From assembly GCA_051294375.1 (NCBI GenBank), contig CM119266.1:6713431-6777430 (forward strand): 64,000 nucleotides of DNA, read 5' to 3'. The stretch comes from Paraspadella gotoi. Its lineage: Eukaryota; Animalia; Chaetognatha. The notes beneath the pieces are model-generated. The model saw only the letters and a program-made list of their open reading frames with translations, ran no database searches and had not been told where the DNA came from. This document shows, in pieces, positions 37,922 through 52,747 of the stretch. Numbering within the stretch: the stretch's first letter is position 1; every line of letters begins with the position of its first letter. The position numbers and the translations under genes were made by a program.

Positions 37922-40114
37922 CCGAGACGGTCATGTGATTCTTGTCATCTTACTCTCATCAATCCTATGGCTATGGCTTCAACTGTCAGTGTCACAAATC
38001 CTGTCAAATCATTGAATCACATAAAACGACCATAGTCTGTCTCATCAATCCCTATTCACGTTATAAATATTGTATACATTCAGGCGGATTAAATCTCTAC
38101 TTGATGACTTTTCCTTCGACCATCGTTGGCGACGTCATCGGCGACGTTTGCGCCAAAATCGACGTCTTGGATTCCGTTCAGGTTTCATCTCTTATTTGTT
38201 TTTTTGTTTATAAACAAAGGAAAAGAAAAAGCAAAAGAGCATCGAATTTTCAGATGATGGAATATCGTTTGTTTTACGTCGGCGGCGACGAGAGACTCAT
38301 TCGCCCTCTGGAGGAGAACGAGTACATCTTCGACGTCACGACGCAGTTACATCGGGTGAGTGTTGGTGTCAGAGTCGGTGGAAGAGTCGGTGTAAGTGGC
38401 AGTCTTCGTTAAAATCGCTATAATTAAGTTAAGTTTCTTGAGTTGGCTGAGCAGAAAATCTTTATATCTCGTCTATTTTCAAAAGCGGGACAGTAATGAT
38501 TCCATCTCGTGGGAATCAAACTTTTTATAAGTCACTTTTCGGTCGGTCTGTCGGTCGGTATGTCTGTCCGTCGCTCTGTTCCACTTACGTTACAAATGCA
38601 TATAGTTCGCCTATAGTTTGTTGCTCATTTGTTAAGACAGGAAAAAACTTCAAATCTAAAGAACTGCTAGCGCCGCCTTCAGGAAATCCAAAACTGAGGA
38701 AAAAAAGACTCGATGCAGTGCATGTCATAAATACAAGGGCAAAAAAGTTTTTTACTCATGTCATGTCATGTCATATCATGTGATCAAAGGGAAATACACT
38801 TGAAAATAAAGTCACTGCGGCGCAACATATTTCTCGATTGCTTGTTATAAAATTCTTCTTATTATCCATTCTTTTTTTCTTTTATCCCAAACCATATCTG
38901 CATTCATCTCCCCTCGCCCTCCCACCTTTTCACGCCTTCACACTCGGCCACTCTTAAACCCCCCCCAAAAAAAACAAACCCCAAAACGATGACAAAAACA
39001 AACCAAAATAGACCCGTCGCCAATTCTCTCTCCTCTTCAAACGCGTCACGTGGCATTTTCCTCTCGACCGCCATCTTGAAAATCGTCTCTTCGTCGAAGC
39101 AATTTATGCGCAGGCGCGGGAGGACTGGAGGGAAGGGAGGCTGTTTATCGAGGAAGGAGGAGGAGGAGGAGGGGAAGAGGAAGAGTTGGAGGCGAAGGTG
39201 ACGAGGTTGGCGCGTTTGGCTGCGATCGCCGAAGGAGAAGCGAATGATGGAGGTAAGTTCGATGTCATCAATGATACCATCACTTATGTCATAATGACAT
39301 CTTTCGTCAGGTTCTCAGGTATCCCTTTCTTTTCCTTTCCTTTCAATTTCCTGCTTCCTCTTCCTTCCTATTTCTCCGCCCTCCACCTTCCCTATCCTCC
39401 TCCTCCTCCTCCTCCTCCCCAGATTCCCTCCTCCGCTTCATCCCTCCATCGATCCGTCGTCGTCGAACTTCAGGGGATTGGACGGCGATGGCGGAGGAGA
39501 TGGCACGGGAAATGGCATGGGATATGGCGGAAAAGGGAGACACGCCGCCGATTCAAGCCAAAGCAAATTTCCTTCGCCTCGTCCAAGATTTTCCTCTTTT
39601 CGGTTCCGCTTTCTTTCCGGGTAAAAGCGTGGCTCGTCCTGGACTCCGCGGGCCCATCACGCTCTCCGTGAATCCTCACGGTCTTTATCTCCTCGATCCC
39701 TCGTCTCACGTCCCCCTCTGCGTCTTTCCATATCACGAGATTTTCTCCTCGCGTCTCGTGCGAAAAACCAGCGTCAACAACAACAACAACAGCGTCGATC
39801 GAGAAAACAATAATCTCGTTTCCGATCCGAGTTCGAGCAGCGAAGATTCGGACGATGTTCTTTTGTCGACGACCGACAGCGAAACCGATTCGAGCGATCC
39901 TAGCATCAAGTCTCGTAACTCCGCCTCCCCGAGAATAAGAAACAAGGGAACAACGACTTATTTGGACATAAAATGCGGAACCGCGACGGCGCAGAAAGTG
40001 ACGCGGATCGAAACGGATCACGCGGACGAAGTCGCGGCTCTGATTGGACTTTATATCGAGATTCTTCACGCGGAGGAGAGCGGAGAGGAGAGAGGCGAGG
40101 TCGAAGTCACGTGA
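35196..40114 (+). CDS. Myosin-XV-like C-terminal MyTH4-FERM protein; no motor domain visible
   Basis: Exons 35196-35242 (MEPTFNMMEFAIRFFR), 35475-35555, 35759-35882 (EWTWRHFASLVKFTATPIQRSLI), 36200-36319 (LAVKTFRILFTFMGD), 36946-37075 (IIDEVYCQVVKQTTNN), 37611-37857 (GWRLLSVLANFF...TLRCGGRRNVPSPLEV...RRQMYFLP), 38084-38181, 38254-38355 (PLEENEYIFDV), 39012-39252 (LLFKRVTWHFPL), and 39423-40114 (FLRLVQDFPLFGSAFF...IETDHADEVAALIGLYI). Motif order matches the second MyTH4-FERM tandem of myosin XV. Two single-G deficits (~37823 and ~37857) must be corrected to keep the frame. Confidence 0.88.
36622..36882 (+). mobile_element. DINE-1/HINE-like element, copy 2
   Basis: TTTTTAG...CTCGAGTACT..AGTACTCGAG hairpin, (GTCG/GTCT)n, a core shared with 38525-38848, and the 3' end ATGCGGCGCAACAC...ACCGTTCTTGTTT. 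Confidence 0.65.
37081..37175 (+). repeat. 44-bp tandem duplication at the start of a MyTH4-gene intron
   Basis: CAAAATTGCTTGCCTTCGTTGGTATCGTTATTGAAGAAGACAAT occurs twice exactly, followed by degenerate copies. Confidence 0.9.
38525..38847 (+). mobile_element. DINE-1/HINE-like element, copy 3
   Basis: TATAAGTCACTTTTCGGTCGGTCTGTCGGTCGG...ATATCATGTGATCAAAGGGAAATACAC...TGCGGCGCAACA...CTTGTT. It has long blocks nearly identical to copy 2. Confidence 0.65.
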
Positions 40115-40481
40115 TCAAGTTTGGAGAAGAAGGAAAGAGATCAACTGATAATGTAGCGTCTTATTCTTTATTTGTATTTCGTATGAAATAAAAAACAACT
40201 GGAATTAAAAAAAATTGTTCTTTTATTAATCAGTATCAGAACGGGAGAGGAAAAATAAAGTAGAAAGCCAAAATACCAATCGAAATAAATTCAATAAGAA
40301 TAAAAATCAAGAGAAAAATTTGCAATTAAATCCCTCAAAATATCAATGGACGTAAATTCCATTGGAAAATAAAGAAAGGTAAAAAAATTCCACATCGGAG
40401 CAAAGTTGTAAACTCGTTCTATCGCTACTCTAATCCCAAAAGTTCAATGAAAACTAGAATATAAAATAGTAAAACGTGTCT

Positions 40482-40526
<45 letters not shown>

Positions 40527-40534
40527 TCACTCTC

Positions 40535-43500
40535 TCATCCTTCAAACAGCCAGCCCCCTCCTTCCAACTCCACCGTTTCCCTCACGTTCGGTGTCGAGCC
40601 TCCCGCTTCAACATTCGCGTTCCGATTGGTCACGATATCGGCCAATCGTGTTACGTCTTTCTTCAGATTGACGACCTCTTCCTTCAACTCCATCATCCGA
40701 ATGATATCCGCTTCTCTCCGCTGCTCCGTCCGCTGTTCCGGCCGCTTCTCCGTCGGCTCCGCAAACTTCGGCTCCGGGAAGAAATTGTGCTGCAGGACCT
40801 TCTCCCAATTCTCCACGAACTTCAGCCAATCGACGAAAGGTCCGCTGACGATTTCTTCATCAGCGCTGCTGTCGCGGGCGCCAGCGCCGCCGCCGCGCCG
40901 CTTTCTCCCTCCAGCCCGCAGATGCAGCGTGGAGCAGCGGAATCTCTCGCTTGCGGCGACGATGGAGACCCTCCACGGCTGCTGCGCGCGTCGTCGACAG
41001 ATGACGTTGAGAAGGAAGAGGAAGAACCCTGGCGCATCGAGGAGGAGAGAAAGCGGCGCGGGCAAGAGGGCGCGATTGAAATATTCGAAGATCACTGATC
41101 GACGATAAATGTTCCAATTCTTGTCAGCTTGACTCTGTACTCGATCGATGCTGTACTGGAAGATCGCGATCATGAGATTGAGCAAGAGCACCACGGTAAC
41201 CAGGACGTAGAGCAAGCGGACGAACGGAACGGCCAGCTTGATCATGTTGACCCTGTAGCGGTAGCGATAGAGAATAGCGGCTGAGGCGTTGAAGGTCGCG
41301 TTCTCGGGCGGGATGAGACCGTCGTAATCGTCCATGAAGCTCTCGCCGAAGAGATGCCAGAATGGGCGGGACATGAGATCGTCGAGAAAGAAGACGACAT
41401 CTGTCGGACGGAGTTGCCAGAGGAAGTCGACGACGGACGAAGACGAATTCCCGCCATCCCCCGCCTCGAACTCTAAAAATTCTCCCTCTACCGTCCGCGT
41501 CGCGGCCTTGAGCCAAACCGCGTAGGCGGCGGCGAAGATGACGATGTAGAGGAGAATCCGAACGACGTCGATCATCATCATTCGGATCATGATCAGTTTG
41601 GGTCCGAGACTCTGACTGACCGCGAAGATCTGCAGCATCCTCAGGCACCACAGCACGAAGTAGAGAGAATAGAGATTGAGAACGGAGACGAAAACGTATT
41701 GAGAATCGTTGGCGGCGGAGACTTTTAGCACGATCACCCTGTAGACGATCATGCCGACGAGGTAAAGGAAGAGGAAAATGTCCACGCGGTTCCAGAACGA
41801 GTCCCAGTATTCGGCCGCCTTTAGGAGAAAAAGATCGTGATGAATCTTGACAATTGGATATGACTTGTTTATATAAGATTGGTGTAGTTTTGTATGCCAC
41901 AGTCGATAAGTATAATCTAAAATTTAGGATAGACCTATAATCTTTATGTACTAATTAGAAGCCAAGTAAGCTTTGATGTCCGCATGAATTTGTCTCTGAC
42001 AAGCTGACTCCAAATTCTAATGTCATACTTTGGCTGGAGTGTACTCAATTAATATAGACTAATTTTGACATTCTTTATTACGTACTTAAAACCAAAAAGT
42101 TAAAAAATAGTAATTAATCACTGTCAGTCTAGAGCTAATCGATTTTCAACTATAAAAAATGGCAGCTATTAAAATTTGTGCGATAATATAAATATTATTA
42201 TACTAATAATAGTACATCAAAGACTAAGGATTTTTATAAGAATCCTAAAAGGATCTCTCATGTCATTATCTTGTAAGCCTGTCTAAAGTCAGGGGTAAGA
42301 TAGCTTAATTATTAAATGAATGGATAATTTGTATATTGGTTGTGAAGAGGCTGGTTTTACAGGGCGCCACACCCGCAGCGGTGTCACCTCGTGGCGACAG
42401 CGAGACAGAATGTTCATGTAGTCCAGAGCTTTGGATGTGGCAGTAGGCCCATGCCTACAGGCGGGTTACCCGGTCCATCCCACTTTCTACATGACAACCT
42501 CAGGGCTCGAACCAGGGACGCACATTGGGATGGTGCATTAGTCCACTGAGCCACTGCGAAAGAAACAGCTTTAATCCATCTGTGGTGATAGGACCACCAG
42601 AGTTGTACCAATTTCATAGATTTAATTACCTTCCTTGCCAAACTTTCTCTCCGCCTCGACGTGGACTCCACATCGCCGCGATAGAATTGCTTAAACTCGT
42701 GGGCGAAGAAGGAGAGCCAATAGGCGACCACCAGCCACTCGGTGGGGGAAGGGGAGCGACGGGCGAAGTCTGGTGGAGCGGAGAGGATGAGGAAGGCGAA
42801 GAGGAGCAAGTAGAGGGAAAAGGAGCAAACGTGAAGGGTGAATTTGGTTTGAGGAGTGTCGAGGAAGAGGAGCAGAGGTTGGATCCAGTCAACGTGGAAT
42901 TTGGAAAGGCGTGGAAGGAATCCTGTTGAACGAAAAATGAATAAGATGAAGATTTTTGATAATATGTAATTATTAGTAAATTAGCTTATAATTTTGTTGA
43001 AATACTTATTACTTATTTTTGAATTCCACACCTTTAATGGGTGGGCGACAGTCGTTCTTGTGAATTTCATCGTGAATCACATCACATCCGATGCCGACCT
43101 GTGAAAAACTTTTCAAAATCACAAAAATAAAAAAAAGAGGCAAAAATCTCGATTTTTAATTTACTGAACATTTAATCCTCATTTATCTCTTAAATTACAA
43201 TAAAATAAATGTCTCACGCACCTTTATTTCCCAGCTCTACTTTCCCTTAGTTGACTTACCCTCAACAACAGCCTCGACTCCCTCTGATCGATATGCTCCA
43301 GCATCTCCTTATCCAACCGCTCCTCTTCCTCCACCACAGGTTTCAACTCCGCGTAGGATCGACGATAGAACTTCCTCGTCTCCACCATCGTCGCTAGAGC
43401 GAAGAAGAGGAAGAGGAAGAGGAGCGAGATCGTCAGCGCAGCACGCCGCAGCGCCGCTTCCGAAGAGATGGAGAAGACGAGGACGCCGACGAGAAAAGCG

Positions 43501-46500
43501 AAGAAGATGAGTGCGATGAGGCAGCTGACCAAAAACGGAGTCCATTCCGATTTATTGCACCGGTACCAGATGTCGTCCAGATGCCGGATGCAGACCGGAT
43601 TGGCGATAAAGTTGGCGTTCTCGTCGTCCTTGGTCGCCAGCTGCAGGCAGGAGAGGCCGCCCCGGCGCGGCAGGCTCCGCAGCAGCAGGAACTTGGTCCG
43701 CGTCGGGCTGCGGTAGAAACATTTGGTCAGCAGCTGCCCCGCGCGATCCTCGTACGCGTCGGCGATGCGGAGCCGCTCCACGTTGCTCTCCGCGTGCGTC
43801 GACCAGAGCTTCGTCAGGGACCGCAGGACGCTGCTGGCGATGAGACCCGTGGCGATGGGGAAATCGCAAAGGCGCCACATGTAGTCGGCCAGATCGTATT
43901 GCTTGTAGAGGATGGACCAGACGAAGAGATGGAATCGAGGATCGAAGTCTGGCGTGAGCTCGTTCGTATCGTTGTCGAATTTTCGATATTTTTTTGCTCT
44001 GTTGTTTTTGTTGTTTTCATCATTGTTTTTGTTTTCATTGTTATCATCCTCTTCGCCGGGTGTGTCGAGTATGAGACGGATCTGATCCGCCAAGTTGTTG
44101 ATGCCGTGAATGTCGACGACCTAGTTGGAGATGGTGGAAGGGTTTTAATGTTAATTCAAGTTAAATTAAATTCAAAATTATGAGTATGAATATAGTATAT
44201 AGTATGAACGGAAAAATTTTTTTAAAAGGGGACTAAAAAAATCAAAGGAAGACATACGGAGCAATATGGTGGATTGCTCAAGCGCACCATGAGATTACAG
44301 GATTATTTAAAAAAGTAAATTCAATTAATTAATATCTACGAACTATAATCGTTTAATTTTGACATTATGATATCTAATCTCCCCGAATGCAACCGACCTC
44401 CTCTCGCACAAAGTGTAAAACGACGCTTCTCGCGATTCGATCCGAATCGTAAAGACGACGAAAGTCTCGACGACCCAAGAGAACGAAAAGCGTCGGTTTG
44501 TAGTTGACGAGAGCGCGGAGGAATGCCACGCCCCCCGAGACGACGAATGCGACGGCGCAGTCGACGACGTCAGAGTCGTTCATGTACTTGAAAGACCCGA
44601 GGGCGTTGGCGGCGTGATCGAGCCGGTTCCACGATTGACAGAGTTTGAGAAAGTCTTGAAGGAATTTGGGTGGACGACGATCTTCGGGAATGGCGACGAA
44701 GGCGGCCAGGACGCGGTCGTGGACGGCCGCCTCGTCGAAGCGACTCGAGTCGATGACCACGAAGTCGGAATGCCTCGTCAAACAGAGAAGAAACTTTTCG
44801 TCTCTCGGTGGATTCACCGCAAGACCTTCCACTTTGTCCGTCGATTCCGCCAGGGTCTTCACCGTCTGCGGAGACGCTGCCCGCGGCCAAGCCTGCAGCA
44901 GGCGCAGCGGCGTCGACAGCAGATCCGCCAGGCCGCCGGAGCCGGCGACGACGACGCAAGGGACGCCCGCTTCGAGACTGTCGGTCAGAGACGCCAGAGT
45001 CTTTCGTCCGCCGCCGACGAGGAGAGTCGCTCTCGGCGCCACGATGCGATGGAAGAGATCCTTGCGGAAGTCGGCGCCTTTGCGACCCTCGACGTCGACG
45101 GCGACAAAGTGGGTGTTGTTCTCGCAGAGGAGGAAGTTCTTCTCTTCCTTTAGGGGAGGGGGGCGGGAGGGGGAGGTGACTTTGGCGTTGGAAACATTAG
45201 CATTGAGAAATACAACAAGATTACAATAAGAAAATGAGAAAGGAGAGGATCCGTGGGAAAATAGGGCAGTAAAACAGAGAAAGATGGACAATCAGACAAA
45301 AAGACAGAAAAAAGACAGTCAGAAATACTACCAGGCAGAAAGATAGACCGCAAGGTAATACGTCAGTATTAGAAAAGTAAATTAAAAAAACGGATAGAAA
45401 TATCGCGAAATAGGAAGACCGTCAGACAGATACAAAGTCAGAGACTGACAGACACGGACAGACACGGACAGAAAAAAAAAACGCATCAACAAAACCAACA
45501 AATCTAAACTATACCTTTTTGACGATCGACTCTTCTGACGACCGCCAGTCGTCGCTTCGGTTGACGACCTTCGGCGCTCGACTCAATTCACCGACGTCGT
45601 AGATGTCGCCCGCTTCGATCGCTTCCACGCCCACAACGTTACGCCACGTGCAGACGCCGAGACTGTGGGGGATAAGAAGGGGATTATCACAAATTTACAT
45701 TGAAATAATTCGAAACTAATTAAATTATTACTAATCAAATCAATTGCTCATAATCTAACGGGGGGCATCTTCTATTATTATTATTATTATTAATTGGAAA
45801 ATAAATTGTTATTAAAACTTATTAAAAGTATTGCTAAAATCGTAAAATAGAACTACGATGAAAACCTTATCAAAAGATATGAAAAATGATATGAACTGCT
45901 ACATTATGGAAAAGAGATTGAGAAAAAGTTTGAATTAGATTCAACAACGATTTATTTTGAGAGTGTACAAAAACTGTACATGTTTCGACTTTAAATTCAA
46001 GTCTTCATCAGCAAGTGCTGATATGTACAATTGTACAATGTACACTATCTCAAAATAAATCGTTGTTGAATCTAATTCAACTTTTTCTCAATCCAAAACA
46101 CATTTCAATCTCATTTGAAATGAACCACAAATTATTCTGCTACAATAAGATTATTTATTAATGTACTTTTGTAGAAAAATATAAAGAAAAACAGATCAGA
46201 GTTATTTAGCTAAAATCGACACATTGTCTCCGCGTTGACGTGTACATTATATGGTCATGATAACAATTTTAGTCAATTTAATATGTAATATTTCAAACTG
46301 ATTATTAAATTAGGCGCGACTCACCGCCCGAATACAAGCGAGCAAATGGAATCCCACCCACATCCCTCTTGCACCTGGTGGTCCGGACATTGCACTCGGC
46401 GTTCTTGACCCGATTGCATTCGTCCCCCAACTCCTTGACGGCCTCGTTGACGAACTTGTTGAAGACGGTCCGGTATCCCTCGTTGAGGACCCACGTGTTG

Positions 46501-46919
46501 GTCGTCATCCTGAAGAGAGACTTGACGGTTGATTTGAGGAATTCTGGGCAGAAGCGCGACTGTTCGATGTCGCCGATCACGTTGACGACCATCTTGGGAT
46601 CTCCGAGATCCCATCCTTCTTTCTCGCGGAGGAATTCGTCGAGGGTCCCGACGACGTCGTCGACGGAGGCGTCGGCGACGACGCGGAGGTATTCCTTCGG
46701 GTTGAAGATGATCGGCTTGATGTCGGCGCCGTGTTTGTCGCGAAACTTTATTGTCTTTCTTTTCCACGAAGATGGAATCGATGCTCTTTTGTCCGTCGCG
46801 GGTTTTTTGTTCGAATCGACGCTCGCGCCGTCGGCGGACGGAATCGGCAACATTATCATGTGTTCATCGACCGAAGGTAAGGTCCGCACCGTGGGTGGGG
46901 TTCGGTTCAGTGCAGACAT
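40535..46919 (-). CDS. TRPM: TRPM-family (melastatin-like) cation channel, divergent
   Basis: Minus-strand exons 46919-~46360/46325, 45662-45514 (LGVCTWRNV), 45147-44398 (ENNTHFVAVD...LLVGGG...VPCVVVAGSGGLADLL, SLOG/MHR1-2), 44120-43260 (HLFVWSIL...PIATGLIAS...YEDRAGQLLTKCF...FIANPVCIRHLDDIW, MHR4), 43098-43032, 42922-42630 (S1-S2), and 41818-40535 (FWNRVD; LRMLQIFAVSQSLGPKLIMIRMM; RPFWHLFGE pore; VLLLNLMIAIF; TRP helix WNIYRRSVIFEYFNRALLPAPL; short coiled coil). The phase of the first donor is uncertain. Confidence 0.92.
42348..42560 (-). mobile_element. tRNA-derived SINE in the last TRPM intron
   Basis: Minus-strand A box TGGCTCAGTGG (42553-42543) and B box GGTTCGAGCCC (42513-42503), followed by a GC-rich body in an AT-rich intron. 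Confidence 0.68.
45916..46093. repeat. ~54-bp near-perfect inverted repeat enclosing the hammerhead motif
   Basis: 45916-45969 GATTGAGAAAAAGTTTGAATTAGATTCAACAACGATTTATTTTGAGAGTGTACA pairs with 46039-46093. Confidence 0.92.
45970..46020 (-). ncRNA. Minimal type-I hammerhead ribozyme motif (Penelope-like-element style)
   Basis: Minus strand: cacttg-CTGATGA-a-GACTT-gaattta-AAGTC-GAA-ACATGT-A-cagt. It has the conserved core, a 5-bp stem II, a palindromic minimal stem III and a GUA cleavage triplet; stem I is imperfect. Confidence 0.65.
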
Positions 46920-47367
46920 CCTGGCTGAATAAGGAGAGAGAGAGAGAATAAAGAGAAAGACAGAGAGAAAGCAAAACAGAGGAGATAAAAAAACCCATTA
47001 ATTTCAGCTCCGTAAATGAAAGTTATGATAGTGAATTTGAACGAGAAACGTTCGTTATGAAAATTAAAGATTTAACTTCTTTTTTTTCCGTCCTCATTTT
47101 TGCGCAAATGCATTTTGAAACTTAGATAAAACCCGCTACGACTTTTTTCCTTATCTCGGTCGAGCGAATAATCGACCCGCAGGAAAAATTCAGTGAAAAA
47201 TAATCAACAGCAAAAAAATCGTTAAATGAGAATCAAAATCAGACGAAGATTTCGATCAAAATTCGAAAGAAGATTTAAGATCGAAAAAAAAAGAAGGAAA
47301 AATCTTTTCAGTTCCACTTGTCTTGTTCGATTGGGAAGAGAGAAAGAGAGAGAGAAAGAGAGAGAGG

Positions 47368-47418
<51 letters not shown>

Positions 47419-48605
47419 GCCCTCTTGCGTTGCTTTGCTTGTTTTTATTTTGTTTGTTTGTTTGTTAAATTTATCTCAATTTATATCGTGGGTATTTTTT
47501 TCATTTTTTTGATCTGCGGATCAGTTATATTTATATATTATAGTTATATTATATCAGTAAATTAAGTAGAACACTGCGTAAAAACTGGAAATGTTTTTTA
47601 TTAAAGATTTTTTAGTAAAGAGCAAAAAACAAAGAAAACTTGGTTGATCGGAAAAGAACTGATGACAGAATCCCAATTTGTTTTCTCCTTTCGCCGACGA
47701 AGATTTTCTGTTTTATTTTTCCATCGGGATACCTGCAGCATTTGTTCTCGTCTTTAATTCAATCAGTCGAACCTCGAGATAAAAATTAAGATTGGACGAA
47801 GTTTGGAAATTCAGATTCTAAAAATAAATTCACAGGATTTCCAACTTCTGACTTCTGACTTATGCCGCGGGGTCAAACAATTGATTCAGATTTATTTCAT
47901 TAGCCAGAATTTGCCCGAATTCTTTCACTAATTCTATTTTTTGATAAGTGACAACCCCGATCGAATGCAAGTCTGCTGCGTCTCCTGCGGAGGCTTCGGC
48001 CGCTGCAGCGACGCCACTGCGGGGCCTTTATTATCGTTGTTATATTTATGACTTCCTCAAAAACAAACATGATGTTTCACTAAAAAACCGATATTAAGTT
48101 CCCTGATTTTTTCACGCGGTTTTCAATCATTTATATTTATTTTTTTTAGCTTTTTTTGCTTATCTTCATAAAGTCGCCAAAACAAAAGACGCCGGTTACG
48201 AGTCTCACTTTATTTCGTCAATTTTAAGGACATTCGTTAATTTATAATATAAAATGACTTCAAAGATCATCAGTTATAAACACCCTTAAAATATATATTA
48301 ATCGTTAATTAGCTTGGCTTTTTCCGATCACAAAAAAGGATCTAAAGTGTAAAAAAAATGTTTAATTTTGGTTAAGATTAAATTTCTCTTAATCGCCAAA
48401 ATTTTAACGATTGTAAAAAAATACTTTTTTGCTTCCTTATTTCGTCCATGGACGAACGAGGATAACTTGATCCTAAATTATGATCAGTAAAAGCATCTTA
48501 TTATTATTATTATTCCTAAAGTTCCTATCTCTTTTCTCTTCCTCTTCCTCCTCCTCTTCCTCCTCATTCCTCTTCCCCTTCTTCCTCCCCCTTTCCTCCT
48601 CCTCC

Positions 48606-52082
<3,477 letters not shown>

Positions 52083-52747
52083 TTTGATAGATTCTTGTTT
52101 TTGTCTTCTTTGTTCTCAGCTCTTATGTTGTTTCGTTCTTTTGTTCGTCTCTCCTCGTTCCTTTGTTCCTTGTTCTTTTCTCGCTTTGCTCTTAGCCTTT
52201 TTGTTCTTTCCTCCTCGCGCTTTTGTTCCTTTCTTGTTCTTGGCTTAAATCGCGAGGATCATTAAAAAAACTTTAAAAATAGTTGCGAGAAAAAAAGCTC
52301 GACCTTCTACGTCCGATTATGAGGGTAGAAGCTCGTTGCTATGACGATTTTTGTTTACGCTTGTTTTCTTGTCTCGTCGTAGTAATCGTAATTTGCGCTG
52401 CAGAGGAGAGAGAACCTCGCTCGCTGACATAGGTTGTTACAAAACTGTATTTTAAGATGTGAACACGTACACGTACACGTACACGTAATAATAACGTGGG
52501 AGGGCCGGTTATCCCGCTTCTATCGCGGTGCGGTGAGCAAACTTTTCAAAATCGTAACTGGACTCCAACCTAGCGAGACCCCACTTTAAGACAAAGGGTC
52601 ATTCAAATCAACTTGAAAATAGTCCGAATTGGAGATTCAAAAAGTTGAGCTCTTGGCGATTTCAAAAATGTATTCACTTTTAAAATTTGATGCATTCTTC
52701 GCTATTTTATATCGATTTAAATTATAATAGAAAATAAAAGAAACCTA

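Noticed and set aside
40476-46932. Long plus-strand ORFs opposite TRPM exons (e.g. 40476-41108, 43581-44183, 46369-46932)
   Set aside because: They are antisense shadows of GC-rich coding exons with no recognisable motifs.
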